Source: an uncultured Alphaproteobacteria bacterium
GTDB lineage: Bacteria; Pseudomonadota; Alphaproteobacteria; UBA6615
Direction of reading: 5' to 3'
Assembly: GCA_964276015.1 (NCBI GenBank)
Contig: CAXYDO010000001.1
Location: 74,627 to 138,626, forward strand
DNA length: 64,000 nucleotides
Shown here: positions 31,630 to 41,281 of the stretch, one piece after another
Layout: every line of letters begins with the position of its first letter
Position numbering within the stretch: position 1 is the stretch's first letter
Made by a program: the position numbers and the translations under genes
The notes under the pieces: model-generated
The model's database searches: none
The model's input: only the letters and a program-made list of their open reading frames with translations
What the model was told of the DNA's origin: nothing

Positions 31630-32277
31630 ATGTTCAAGCTCAAGACATTGGTGCTTTCGGGCGCTTTGCTCTCTGTCGCGTTTCTGACACCTCTCGCCCA
31701 CGCTGCTGACCCGATTCCGGCGCATCTCAACCCTGCAGACCAAGCAGACCTGACCCGGATCGAGACCTATCTGAACGAACTCGGCACCATGGAAAGCCGC
31801 TTTTTGCAGTTTTCCGAACAGGGCATCGCCGAAGGCCGGATCTTTCTAGATCGGCCCGATCATCTACGGATCGAATACTCGCCCCCCGTCCCGGTTCTGA
31901 TGATCGCCAGCGACCTTGTGCTGATGTTTCACGATACCGAGCTCGGCCAGACCACCTACCTGCCGGTCGGCCAAACCCCGGCCGGTTTCCTACTCGAAGA
32001 CAAGATCGAGCTGAGCGACGATGTGACTGTGACCGAGTTCGAGCGCAGCGCCCAGGCTTTCCGGATCACCCTGGTCCAAACCGAATCCCCTGTTTCCGGG
32101 ACCGTAACCCTGATGTTCGAGGACAACCCCATGCGGCTGGCCAAGTGGCGGGTGATCGATGCCCAGGGCGCAAGGGTTGAGATTGCGTTGCTCGAACCGC
32201 GCTTCGGGGTCTCGTTCAAAAACCCCCGCGAATTGTTCTCGACGGTCGATCCCAACGCCGGTATCTCTGTAGACTAA
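31630..32277 (+). CDS. lolA: Outer-membrane lipoprotein carrier protein LolA
   Basis: Signal peptide MFKLKTLVLSGALLSVAFLTPLAHA, then a LolA-like beta-barrel sequence. The ftsK-lolA synteny is conserved. Confidence 0.75.
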   Translation: MFKLKTLVLSGALLSVAFLTPLAHAADPIPAHLNPADQADLTRIETYLNELGTMESRFLQFSEQGIAEGRIFLDRPDHLRIEYSPPVPVLMIASDLVLMFHDTELGQTTYLPVGQTPAGFLLEDKIELSDDVTVTEFERSAQAFRITLVQTESPVSGTVTLMFEDNPMRLAKWRVIDAQGARVEIALLEPRFGVSFKNPRELFSTVDPNAGISVD

Positions 32278-32327
32278 TCGCACCCGCCCGTTCCGGCGGG
32301 CGATCTCAGGATACACACGAGTTTCGA

Positions 32328-33140
32328 ATGGCCCGCTCCGACACGATCCACCCCCTGATCGGCGTAAATGCTGATCTGAAAGACAGTAACGGCTTCGACA
32401 TGCTCGCCGCGGGCTACAAGTATGTCGCCTCGGTGGTTGAAGCTTCGCAAGCCGTGGCCGTGATGGTGCCGACCATGGGCGATATCGAATTCGGTGGCGA
32501 CTATCCCGTCGACAGCCTGCTCGACCGGCTCGACGGCATGGTGCTCACTGGTGGGCGCAGCAATGTCGAACCCCACCATTACGATGGCGAGCCGTTTCGC
32601 CCCGAGACCATGCGAGATCCGCTGCGCGATGCTTCAACCCTGTCGATCGCCCGCAAGGCCATTGAACGTGGCTTGCCTCTGTTTGGAATTTGTCGCGGGA
32701 TCCAGGAAATCAACGTCGCGTTGGGCGGAAGCCTGCATCCCTATCTTTGGGAAGTTGAAGGCCATGACGACCACCGCATGATCCAGACGGACAAGATGTC
32801 GACCCGGTTCGGACCCCGCCACCCCGTCACCCTGACCGAGGGGGGCCTGTTCGCCGATATCGCCCGGGGTGCAGGCATCGAAGGCCCGGAGGTCATCGTG
32901 AACTCGCTACACGGTCAGGGCGTAAACCAGGTCGCCGATGGGCTGGTGGTCGAAGCGCTCAGTGCTGACGGGGTCGTCGAGGGCGTATCGATGCCCGGAG
33001 CGCCGAGCTTTGTTGTCGGCGTGCAGTGGCACGCGGAATACCGAACCGAAACCCATGCCTTCAACCGCGGCCTGTTTGAAGCCTTCGGCGCCGCCGCACG
33101 GCGCCGGGCAGCAGCCCGGACCGGGGCCCACGTCGCCTGA
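32328..33140 (+). CDS. Peptidase C26 / class I glutamine amidotransferase-like hydrolase (PuuD-like gamma-glutamyl hydrolase)
   Basis: GICRGIQEINVALGGSL nucleophile-Cys region and a C-terminal His/Glu region. Confidence 0.7.
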   Translation: MARSDTIHPLIGVNADLKDSNGFDMLAAGYKYVASVVEASQAVAVMVPTMGDIEFGGDYPVDSLLDRLDGMVLTGGRSNVEPHHYDGEPFRPETMRDPLRDASTLSIARKAIERGLPLFGICRGIQEINVALGGSLHPYLWEVEGHDDHRMIQTDKMSTRFGPRHPVTLTEGGLFADIARGAGIEGPEVIVNSLHGQGVNQVADGLVVEALSADGVVEGVSMPGAPSFVVGVQWHAEYRTETHAFNRGLFEAFGAAARRRAAARTGAHVA

Positions 33141-33259
33141 TACGCGCCCTTGCGATCAACTGTTTTCCCCTTTTTAGGCGGTCCAGACAGGTGACAAGGG
33201 TACGCCCGGCGCTCTAGAACATCGGCCACAACAACGCATTTACATAAACGAGGTCAGGG

Positions 33260-33943
33260 ATGGATTACGTCATTCCGGCACCAGAGCAGGTGTCGATCGC
33301 CATTGTCGGTGAAAGCAAAAGATTTCCCGTGCGCCGTATCTTCTGCGTCGGGCGCAACTATGTCGCCCATATCCGCGAAATGGGAGGCGACGAGCGTGAT
33401 CCGCCATTCTATTTCTGTAAGCCCACCGACGCCATCGTGCCGACCGGCGGCAGAATCGACTATCCGCCTCAGACCGGCAATTTCCACTACGAGATGGAGC
33501 TGGTTGCCGCGATCGGAAAGGGCGGGGCCAATATCAGTGAGGCCAACGCGCTCGACCATGTCTATGGCTACGCCACCGGCCTCGACATGACCCGTCGTGA
33601 TGTCCAGATTGCCCACCGCGAAAAGGGCCGCCCCTGGGACATGGGCAAAGGCTTCGACCAATCCGCGCCGTGCGGTGACATCCACCCGGTTTCCGACGTG
33701 GGCCATTTCCCCGAGGGCAATCTCTGGCTCAAGGTCAACGGCGAAACCAAACAGGATTCAGACCTCAAGCTGATGATCTGGAACCTGCAGGAAACCATCG
33801 CCAATTTGTCGGGCCTGGTCTCGCTTGCGCCCGGCGATCTGATCTATACCGGCACCCCCGACGGCGTCGGTCCGGTGGTCTCCGGCGACAAGATGCACGG
33901 TCATATCGACGGTTTGAGCGATATCGAGATCAGCGTTCGTTAG
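33260..33943 (+). CDS. FAH family protein (HpcE/MhpD-like hydratase/isomerase)
   Basis: RIFCVGRNYVAHIREMG...FYFCKPTDAIVP...YEMELVAAIGK is the FAH fold signature. RBS AGGTCAGGG. Confidence 0.8.
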   Translation: MDYVIPAPEQVSIAIVGESKRFPVRRIFCVGRNYVAHIREMGGDERDPPFYFCKPTDAIVPTGGRIDYPPQTGNFHYEMELVAAIGKGGANISEANALDHVYGYATGLDMTRRDVQIAHREKGRPWDMGKGFDQSAPCGDIHPVSDVGHFPEGNLWLKVNGETKQDSDLKLMIWNLQETIANLSGLVSLAPGDLIYTGTPDGVGPVVSGDKMHGHIDGLSDIEISVR

Positions 33944-34069
33944 TTCGTCCCTTCCAGCCTGCTTCGAGGCGCCGCCTTCGACGGCACCTCGGCATGAGGG
34001 TTGTCATTAAAACCTCACCCTGAGGAGACCGCGCAGCGGTCATCTCGAAGGGTCGACCGGAGCAAGCCC

Positions 34070-34858
34070 ATGCGGATCGTGACCTGGAATATCAACTCGG
34101 TTCGCCTGCGTGCCCCACTCTTTGCAAAGCTCGAAAAGCAGGCGGCTCCCGACATCGTTTGCCTGCAGGAAACCAAGGTGATCGATGAGCTGTTTCCCCA
34201 TGACGCCCTGAGCGATCTCTATCCGCATCGCCATATGCGGGGCATGAAGGGCTATAACGGGGTCGCGATCCTTTCCAAGGTACCGTTCACGGCCACCGGC
34301 GGAAACGACTGGTGCGGCCGCGAAGACACCCGCCACATCTCGGTGAAAATCGCCGGTGGCGTGGAGATTCATAATTTCTATATACCCGCCGGCGGCGATG
34401 AGCCCAACCCGGTCAAGAACGAGAAGTTCGCCCACAAGCTCGCTTTCCTCGACGAGGTCACAGCCTGGCTGAAAGAGACTGCCAGCCCGCGGGCCAAACG
34501 TATCCTGGTGGGGGATTTGAACATTGCGCCGCTGGAATCAGATGTCTGGTCCCACAAGCAGTTGCTCAAGGTTGTCAGCCACACCCCGGTCGAAATTGAG
34601 CGACTGAACCTGATGATGGCCGCCCATGACTGGGTGGACGCGGTCCGGCATTTCGCGCCGGAACCCGAGAAACTCTACAGCTGGTGGAGCTATCGTTCGA
34701 AAGACTGGAAGGTCGGTGATCGCGGACGCCGTCTCGACCATGTCTGGGTCACGCCGCCTTTGAAAAGCAAACTCCGCGGGTTCGAAATTCTGAGAGATGC
34801 CCGCGACTGGCCGAAATGTTCCGACCACGTGCCGGTGATCGTCGACCTCGAGCTTTAG
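34070..34858 (+). CDS. xthA: Exodeoxyribonuclease III
   Basis: MRIVTWNINSVRLR...DIVCLQETK...WSYR...DHVPV are EEP-family AP endonuclease motifs. Confidence 0.85.
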   Translation: MRIVTWNINSVRLRAPLFAKLEKQAAPDIVCLQETKVIDELFPHDALSDLYPHRHMRGMKGYNGVAILSKVPFTATGGNDWCGREDTRHISVKIAGGVEIHNFYIPAGGDEPNPVKNEKFAHKLAFLDEVTAWLKETASPRAKRILVGDLNIAPLESDVWSHKQLLKVVSHTPVEIERLNLMMAAHDWVDAVRHFAPEPEKLYSWWSYRSKDWKVGDRGRRLDHVWVTPPLKSKLRGFEILRDARDWPKCSDHVPVIVDLEL

Positions 34859-34880
34859 CGCTGGGCGTAACGCTGCGGGC

Positions 34881-35369
34881 TCAGGCCGGCACTCGGTACA
34901 TGAAGTAGCGCTCGGCGGGAACACCGTCAGGGAGCGGAAGTTCATCCCAGGCATCTGCCGGAAACCGGTTATTGGCGACCAGAATGCCGCCGGGCCGCAA
35001 CATCGGCACAAGTAACGGCACGATGCGCGCAGCAAGTACCGCATCCGCGTCCGTGCCGGTTCCCAGATCCGAATGGATCAAAGCGACCGTACGACCGAAG
35101 CGGGCCCCCGCGAATGCGAGTTGTTCATCGGCTTCCCCCAGAAAGATATGCTCGTGATCCGGTGTGCTTTTCGGATTGGAGTTCACGACCCGGTCAAACA
35201 CGAACACCTTGCGCCCCACCATGGTTTCGCGCAGGTGATCGAAGGTGCGGCCATTGCCCAACCCAAGATCGAGAACCGGACCGGGGGTGTCGGCCAGCAT
35301 TTGCGCGGCCGCGTTGAGGCAATCGCGCTGGGCCTGCATCCGGCGTATAAAACTGTCGAGACGACTCAT
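34881..35369 (-). CDS. Putative class I SAM-dependent methyltransferase-like protein
   Basis: 162 aa with a Gly-rich motif I-like LDLGLGNGRT. The assignment is tentative. Confidence 0.45.
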   Translation of the reverse strand: MSRLDSFIRRMQAQRDCLNAAAQMLADTPGPVLDLGLGNGRTFDHLRETMVGRKVFVFDRVVNSNPKSTPDHEHIFLGEADEQLAFAGARFGRTVALIHSDLGTGTDADAVLAARIVPLLVPMLRPGGILVANNRFPADAWDELPLPDGVPAERYFMYRVPA

Positions 35370-35389
35370 AATGGCTTGATCCGTGCAGA

Positions 35390-35842
35390 CTATTTTCTCT
35401 GCGCTAGGGCCTCGCGCAATTGCTGCGTCGTGTGCTCCAGACGTGAGGCCAGTTCGCGCATGATCTCGACCGACATTTCAGGGAATTCCGCCACCAGGCG
35501 AAAGAACAGATCCTTGGTAATCCGCAACGTCACCGTCTTGGCCGAAGCCTTCACGGTCGCGGTGCGCGGCACATCGCAGAGAATGGCAATTTCACCGACA
35601 AAGTCGTTCCGGCCCAGCGCGGCGACCTCGATCTGACCCTGATCGGTATCCACCAGCACCTTGGCCGCGCCTTCGATTATGATATAGGCCGCGTCCCCAA
35701 CATCGCCCTGACAAAACAGCACCTGGCCCGCCTCATAGGTGATGCGCTCGGATGTGAACGCCAGCAGCTTGAGCTTCGAGGGCTCCAGCTTGGCGAAAAG
35801 CGGAATGTTCCGCAGCAGCTCAACTTCTTCGTTCAGGCTCAC
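35390..35842 (-). CDS. Stand-alone cyclic nucleotide-binding (cNMP) domain protein
   Basis: 150 aa: the cNMP-binding beta-roll motifs (FGEIAILCDVPRTATVKA) and a C-terminal helix, but no DNA-binding or other effector domain. GTG start with GGGAGAG upstream. Confidence 0.75.
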   Translation of the reverse strand: MSLNEEVELLRNIPLFAKLEPSKLKLLAFTSERITYEAGQVLFCQGDVGDAAYIIIEGAAKVLVDTDQGQIEVAALGRNDFVGEIAILCDVPRTATVKASAKTVTLRITKDLFFRLVAEFPEMSVEIMRELASRLEHTTQQLREALAQRK

Positions 35843-35890
35843 GTCTTTTCTCTCCCATCGGTCCCGATAAGTACCAACTAATTGCCCGCA

Positions 35891-38545
35891 CTAGGCGGAT
35901 TCCAGCAACGCGTGAAGCGCTGTCCCATCCTGGTTTAGGTCGTCGAACGCGCCTTCTTCAACAAGGCGGCCATCATCAAGAACCACCACACGATCGAATT
36001 TTGAAGCCATCCCCACCCGGTTCACGATCCAGACGACACCCTTACGGGCGCGGGTCGCGAGGACTTTTTCAGCCAGGCGGTCCTGTGCTGAGGGGTCTAG
36101 CGCCGAGGTGGTCTCATTCAGGATCAGGAAATTAGCCCGCTTCAGTAAGGCCCGGGCAATCCCCAGCTTCTGACGCTGTCCAGTCGACAACCGGCTGCCA
36201 CTCACCCCGACCTGGAATTCCAACCCGGCCTCCAACACGGCGCCGCGCAAGCCCAGATTGTCGAGGGTATCCGCCACCAGGGCGCCGATACGGCCGCTGC
36301 CTTCAGCTTGCCCATGGACCAGTTTGCCGAACAGGATGTTGTCCTGCAGCGACCCGGCCGCATTGTAGTTTTGAGGATCGAAGAACTCGACCGCCCCTTT
36401 AAGAGAGTCGGGAAGCTTGGCGGCGAAAATCGCGCGCGCCTTCAAAATTTTGGCCTGCAATGTCTCATCGATCACGCCGAGACGATGCTGTGCCGTCACG
36501 AGCTTGAAGGGCAGGGAGAGCAGCGCGATCCGGTCCTCGGGACGCATATCGTCGAAGCCGTGTTTGTCCGTTCGCGAGAGCAGCGTACGAAACTCCGGCA
36601 GGTCTTCCGAGCTGATGAACGAATACTGTTCGAAGAACTCATGACCCGGCGGCAGATCGGCGAAAATCTCGATCATGGTTTCAGCCACTTCGCGACCGGC
36701 CTTGAGCATATCGTCGATCAAGTCGGCTTCACGCAGCACCTCGATGACGTATTCATTTTCCGCCATCAGATTGTGTTTAAAGGCGTCTCCCACCGTGGTA
36801 CCGAACAAGAGGTTTTCCGCGACACTGGCATTGGTGTTGTAGACCGCGCGGTCGAATTTCTCGACCAGGCCACGATACTCATCTTCGCCCAAACGGTCCG
36901 CCAGACCGGCCCGCGCCTTGAGAACCGATTCCGCAATATCCGGGCGCAATTCGGGGTCGACCGTGCCACGCAGACCGAGGTTGTAAATATCCTCAGAGAG
37001 CTCGACGATCTCGAGAATTTCGATCATCCGGACGAACAATTCAGCGGCGTCCGCGACCCCGGCGGCGTCATAATCGATCCAGTCCGCGCGGTAGTCGAAA
37101 TCGATATTCCCTGTCCCCGCCGCTTCCACGAAGTCACGCGCGCGTTTTATCGCTTCCGTGTCGTCATAGGCTGCCGACCGGACCGGTCGGTATTTGAGAC
37201 CGTAAAGCAGATTGTCGCGCACCGAGGCGGACTGCATGAAGGGGGCTGCGGAGACATAGGTGATCCGTCGACCGGTCACCGATTCCGGCAGTTCAATAAT
37301 ATTGTGCCCGGCGACCTGAAGCTGTCCCGATGTGGGTCGCGCCAGTCGGGCGAGCATCAGTCCGAAATAGTCCTTGCCGCTGCTGCCCGAGCCCGCCACG
37401 GCCACATTCCCGTCGATCGCGAGCTTTATACTGAGATTGGCCAGGCGGCCCACTTCGTCTTCATCGACGAGGCTGACATTGGAGATATCAAAATCGCCCT
37501 CGAACTTCAGATTTGCATCGGGATCGCCAAGCTGGAGAGTGTCATCGAGCATGTCGGGTACTTCGAACTGGCTGACCACCTGATCGTATTTGACCCGCGC
37601 ATCAGCCTGCTGCTGATACCAGTTCAGCATTTCCTTCCAAGGAGAGGACATTTCCCGATGGGCGCCGATCACCGCGACGAGCTGACCAATGTCCAAAGAC
37701 CCCTTGATCACCAGCAAGCCGCCCAAAAGATAGAAAAGAAACGGTGCCAGCTTGTCGAGGAAGTTGTTGAGGAACTTGATCATGTACTTCCGCTCAAAAA
37801 TCTCGAAGCGGATGTTGTAGATATTGCCCAGACGGTCGGCGAAGCGGCTCAGTTCCAGGTTCGATGTATCGTTCGCGTGGATGTCGACAATCCCACCGAC
37901 GGTCTCACCCACATGGTCAGACAGATGGCGGATCTGGCGCAAACGGGCCTTGCCGAGCGCGCTGACTTTCCTTTGCAGACGCGGCACCACGTAAATCTGC
38001 AGCGGGTAGAACGCCGCCGCCGCAACGCCCAGCAGCGGGTCCTGGACGATGATGAAGCCGATCGCGACAAGCAGCAATCCGCCCTGAAAGATCGGGTCGA
38101 CCACAGCACCGACGAAAAAGGCGCCGATGGGCTCAGATTCTGCGGTGATCATCGAAATGACCTCGCCCTGGCTGGCGCGCTTGAAATGAGGGATCGGGAA
38201 CCGCAAAACGCGTGAATAAAGGGAATAACGCAGCCGGCGCAACAGTCGCTCTGCCGTGCGGCCCTTCGTAATGTTGATTTTGAACTTCAGGCCGTTATTG
38301 ACGATGACGAGGGCCAAAAACAGCAGGCAGAGGGACACCAGGAAGGTGGGTTGTGATACCGCGAAGGGTATTTCGGCAAACCCAAGCAACGCCAGGGAAT
38401 AGACGTCCTGGGAGGCCCCGAGCGCCCGGTTGATGATCTGCTTGGGCAGATCGAGCAGCATGAATCCGATCGGCCAGGAAAAGACCACAAAAATCAAAAT
38501 GAAGAGTTGCTGACGTTTGCTATACCGCAGCACGAAGCTATACAT
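35891..38545 (-). CDS. Atypical ABC transporter (N-terminal type-I-exporter-like TMD plus one NBD with a triplicated helical-subdomain segment and degenerate catalytic motifs)
   Basis: 884 aa from the ATG at 38545. A six-helix TMD is followed by Walker A GSGSSGKD (Ser/Thr replaced by Asp), then three tandem copies of an S-x-x-[DE]-N-[LI]-L-[YF]-G segment (SVRDNLLYG, SVAENLLFG, SLQDNILFG). The signature LSTGQRQ follows, then Walker B ILNETT (Asp to Asn) and an H-loop IVNRV (His to Asn). Confidence 0.75.
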   Translation of the reverse strand: MYSFVLRYSKRQQLFILIFVVFSWPIGFMLLDLPKQIINRALGASQDVYSLALLGFAEIPFAVSQPTFLVSLCLLFLALVIVNNGLKFKINITKGRTAERLLRRLRYSLYSRVLRFPIPHFKRASQGEVISMITAESEPIGAFFVGAVVDPIFQGGLLLVAIGFIIVQDPLLGVAAAAFYPLQIYVVPRLQRKVSALGKARLRQIRHLSDHVGETVGGIVDIHANDTSNLELSRFADRLGNIYNIRFEIFERKYMIKFLNNFLDKLAPFLFYLLGGLLVIKGSLDIGQLVAVIGAHREMSSPWKEMLNWYQQQADARVKYDQVVSQFEVPDMLDDTLQLGDPDANLKFEGDFDISNVSLVDEDEVGRLANLSIKLAIDGNVAVAGSGSSGKDYFGLMLARLARPTSGQLQVAGHNIIELPESVTGRRITYVSAAPFMQSASVRDNLLYGLKYRPVRSAAYDDTEAIKRARDFVEAAGTGNIDFDYRADWIDYDAAGVADAAELFVRMIEILEIVELSEDIYNLGLRGTVDPELRPDIAESVLKARAGLADRLGEDEYRGLVEKFDRAVYNTNASVAENLLFGTTVGDAFKHNLMAENEYVIEVLREADLIDDMLKAGREVAETMIEIFADLPPGHEFFEQYSFISSEDLPEFRTLLSRTDKHGFDDMRPEDRIALLSLPFKLVTAQHRLGVIDETLQAKILKARAIFAAKLPDSLKGAVEFFDPQNYNAAGSLQDNILFGKLVHGQAEGSGRIGALVADTLDNLGLRGAVLEAGLEFQVGVSGSRLSTGQRQKLGIARALLKRANFLILNETTSALDPSAQDRLAEKVLATRARKGVVWIVNRVGMASKFDRVVVLDDGRLVEEGAFDDLNQDGTALHALLESA

Positions 38546-38747
38546 GCTTCGTTCTAATCGCTCGCTCACACACGTCTCCTTCGACCAACACTTGTCTGCA
38601 ACGCCGATGACAGTAGCGCATTCGGACAAGGGGGGTAAAACTATTGCCGGGGCGCTTGAAATCGACCCAAATTCAATGGGTTCCAGCCGGTGATAGGGAT
38701 GTGGCATAGTCCGCGCCGAATTCGCCAAGAACTTTAAGGAACGGCGC

Positions 38748-40007
38748 ATGGCGACCCGCAACAGGCGAGTCCTGATCTATAGCCACGATACGTTCGGCCT
38801 CGGGCATTTGCGCCGGTGCCGTGCGATCGCACATTCTCTGGTCGCCCACGATCCGGGCATCAGCGTACTTATTCTGTCCGGCTCCCCGATCATCGGCAAT
38901 TTCGAGTTTGGTGAACGGGTCGATTTCGTACGCATTCCCGGTGTGATCAAGCTGCAGAACGGCGAATACAAGCCCCTCAAGCTGCCGATGGACATCGAAG
39001 AAACCGTCGCGTTGCGCGCCAACATCATTCGCCACACCGCCCTTTCCTATGAGCCCGACGTGTTCATCGTCGACAAAGAACCCCACGGCATGCGGGGCGA
39101 GGTGCTCGACACACTGGTGGCTCTCAAAGAACGGGGCACCCAGCTGGTTCTCGGCCTGCGCGATATCCTCGACGACCCGGTGTTACTGGCCCCGGAGTGG
39201 CTGAACAAGAACGTGCTGCCGACCCTGGAAAACCTTTACGATGAAATCTGGATCTACGGCCTGCCCCAGGTCAGCAATCCGCTCGACGGCCTCGACCTGC
39301 CGGGCAAGGTCGTACGCAAGACGGTCTATACCGGCTATCTGCGTCGGGCCCTGCGCTCGAACTCGCTGCCGGTCGCTGAGCTACCTTTCAGGAACAAGCC
39401 CTATGTTCTGGTCACCGCGGGCGGCGGCGGCGACGGTGAGCAGGTATTCGACTGGGTGCTGCGCGCCTACGAGAATGACCCCGGCCAGCCCGTCCCTGCA
39501 TTTTTCGTCTTCGGGCCGTTTCTCGATCCCGACCTCCAGGCCCAGTTCAACGCCCGTATGGCGCGGCTCGACAATGTGGAATCGATCACCTTCGACAACC
39601 ACCCCGAGGCCTTCATCTCGAACGCCAGCGGCATCGTCGCCATGGGTGGTTACAACACGGTCTGTGAAATTCTCTCCTTCGACAAACCCGCCCTGATCGT
39701 GCCCCGGACCCGACCCCGGCTCGAACAGTTCCTGCGCGCCTCGCGAATGCAAGAAATGGGTTTGATCAAGATGCTGATGCCGGATTCGCCCGAAATCCTG
39801 GATAATCCACAGGAAGACTGGAAGATCATGGCAACGGCGTTGCGCCATCTGCCGCAGCAAAGCCTGCCCTCCGAGGTTGTCGTGCCCGGGCTTCTCGACG
39901 GGCTGCGCAACGTGGACCGCCTCGTCGATATCGCCGCCGGCCGCCGACGCGCCAAGATGCGGCTGGTCGAGCGCGACGTTCCAGGCCAGCACACCGGACA
40001 ATCCTGA
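38748..40007 (+). CDS. GT-B fold glycosyltransferase (GT1/GT28-like, 'predicted glycosyltransferase' family)
   Basis: N-terminus VLIYSHDTFGLGHLRRCRAIAHSL and a C-terminal Rossmann region GGYNTVCEIL. Paralogous to the gene at 43042-44253. Confidence 0.7.
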   Translation: MATRNRRVLIYSHDTFGLGHLRRCRAIAHSLVAHDPGISVLILSGSPIIGNFEFGERVDFVRIPGVIKLQNGEYKPLKLPMDIEETVALRANIIRHTALSYEPDVFIVDKEPHGMRGEVLDTLVALKERGTQLVLGLRDILDDPVLLAPEWLNKNVLPTLENLYDEIWIYGLPQVSNPLDGLDLPGKVVRKTVYTGYLRRALRSNSLPVAELPFRNKPYVLVTAGGGGDGEQVFDWVLRAYENDPGQPVPAFFVFGPFLDPDLQAQFNARMARLDNVESITFDNHPEAFISNASGIVAMGGYNTVCEILSFDKPALIVPRTRPRLEQFLRASRMQEMGLIKMLMPDSPEILDNPQEDWKIMATALRHLPQQSLPSEVVVPGLLDGLRNVDRLVDIAAGRRRAKMRLVERDVPGQHTGQS

Positions 40008-41279
40008 GTGCGCACGCGCCGGGACAACGGCGCCGACGCCGGAGTCGGGCGGGTTGCCGTCGTGCTCAAAGGCTATCCACGGCTCTCGGAAACCTTTGTC
40101 GCCCAGGAGCTGCTCGGACTTGAAGCCCGCGGCCACACAATCGACATCCATTCCCTGCGCCACCCCTACGATCCCACGACCCATCCGATCCACGACGAGA
40201 TCGCCGCCGCGGTCAGTTACCTGCCGGAGTATCTCTGGCGCGCGCCCATGCGGGTGCTGCGCGGCTGGTGGGCCGCCCGCAAGCTGCCGGGCTACGCGAC
40301 TGCCTCGCGTGATTTCTGGCAGGATTTTCGCCGCGACCGCACGTCGAACCGGCTCCGGCGGTTTGGCCAGGCTTGCGTGCTGGCCCAGGACCTGCACCCA
40401 GGGACCCGCCTGATCTACGCCCATTTTCTGCACACCCCGGCCTCGGTGGCGCGCTACGCCGCCCGGATGCGCGGCTTGCCCTTCGCAGTATCGGCCCATG
40501 CCAAGGATATCTGGACCACACCGGATTGGGAGAAACGCGAGAAGATCAGCGACGCGGCATGGATAACCACCTGCACCGCTTGCGGTGCTGACCATCTGCG
40601 CGCGCTGGTCCCGGGACAAGGTCACAAGGTTCTGCTGCACTATCACGGGCTCGATTTTGATCGCTTTACCGCGCCGGCCGCCGCCGAACGAGACCCAGGC
40701 GCGATCCGAATCGTCTCCGTGGGGCGCGTAGTCGAAAAAAAAGGTTATGACGATTTGCTGTCGGCCCTGGCGCAGCTGCCCGACACCCTTGACTGGGGTT
40801 TCGAACATATCGGCGGCGGTGCGCTCGAGGACATGATGCAGGCCCGGGCCGAACGTCTGGGCATCGCGGCGCGGATCACCTGGCAAGGACGCCAACCCCA
40901 AAGCGCAGTGAAGGCGCTGCTTGCCCAGGCCGATGTTTTTGTGCTGGCCAGCAAGATCGCCACCGATGGTGACCGGGACGGGCTGCCCAATGTTCTAATG
41001 GAAGCCCAGGCCCTTGGTGTGGCCTGTCTCTCCACCGCCGTGTCCGCCATCCCCGAGCTCATCACCGAGGGCGAAACCGGATTACTGGTGCCGCCGGGCG
41101 ATCCCGACGCGCTCGCCGCTGGGCTTGTGACATTGTCTACCGATGGTGCGCTGCGCGAACGGTTGGCCGCTGCTGGCAGCGCGCGGGTACACGCCGCGTT
41201 CAACATGGATGCCGGCATCGATGCGATTGCGGCCGCGCTGCTCGACCCCCAAACCCCGCAAACCCGGGCGGCCGCCTGA
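40008..41279 (+). CDS. Glycosyltransferase family 4 (GT4, GT-B)
   Basis: RVAVVLKGYPRLSETF N-terminus and a C-terminal EX7E-type region (EAQALGVACLSTAVSAIPELI). The GTG start abuts the upstream TGA. Confidence 0.8.
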   Translation: MRTRRDNGADAGVGRVAVVLKGYPRLSETFVAQELLGLEARGHTIDIHSLRHPYDPTTHPIHDEIAAAVSYLPEYLWRAPMRVLRGWWAARKLPGYATASRDFWQDFRRDRTSNRLRRFGQACVLAQDLHPGTRLIYAHFLHTPASVARYAARMRGLPFAVSAHAKDIWTTPDWEKREKISDAAWITTCTACGADHLRALVPGQGHKVLLHYHGLDFDRFTAPAAAERDPGAIRIVSVGRVVEKKGYDDLLSALAQLPDTLDWGFEHIGGGALEDMMQARAERLGIAARITWQGRQPQSAVKALLAQADVFVLASKIATDGDRDGLPNVLMEAQALGVACLSTAVSAIPELITEGETGLLVPPGDPDALAAGLVTLSTDGALRERLAAAGSARVHAAFNMDAGIDAIAAALLDPQTPQTRAAA

Positions 41280-41281
41280 TA

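Noticed and set aside
36308-38215. A 635-aa plus-strand ORF opposite the atypical ABC gene
   Set aside because: It is antisense to a gene with clear ABC motifs. Its translation is His/Arg/Asp-rich nonsense with no membrane or domain features.
39381-40901. A 506-aa minus-strand ORF spanning two glycosyltransferase genes
   Set aside because: It is antisense to two well-supported GT genes and has no motifs. This is typical GC-rich antisense read-through.
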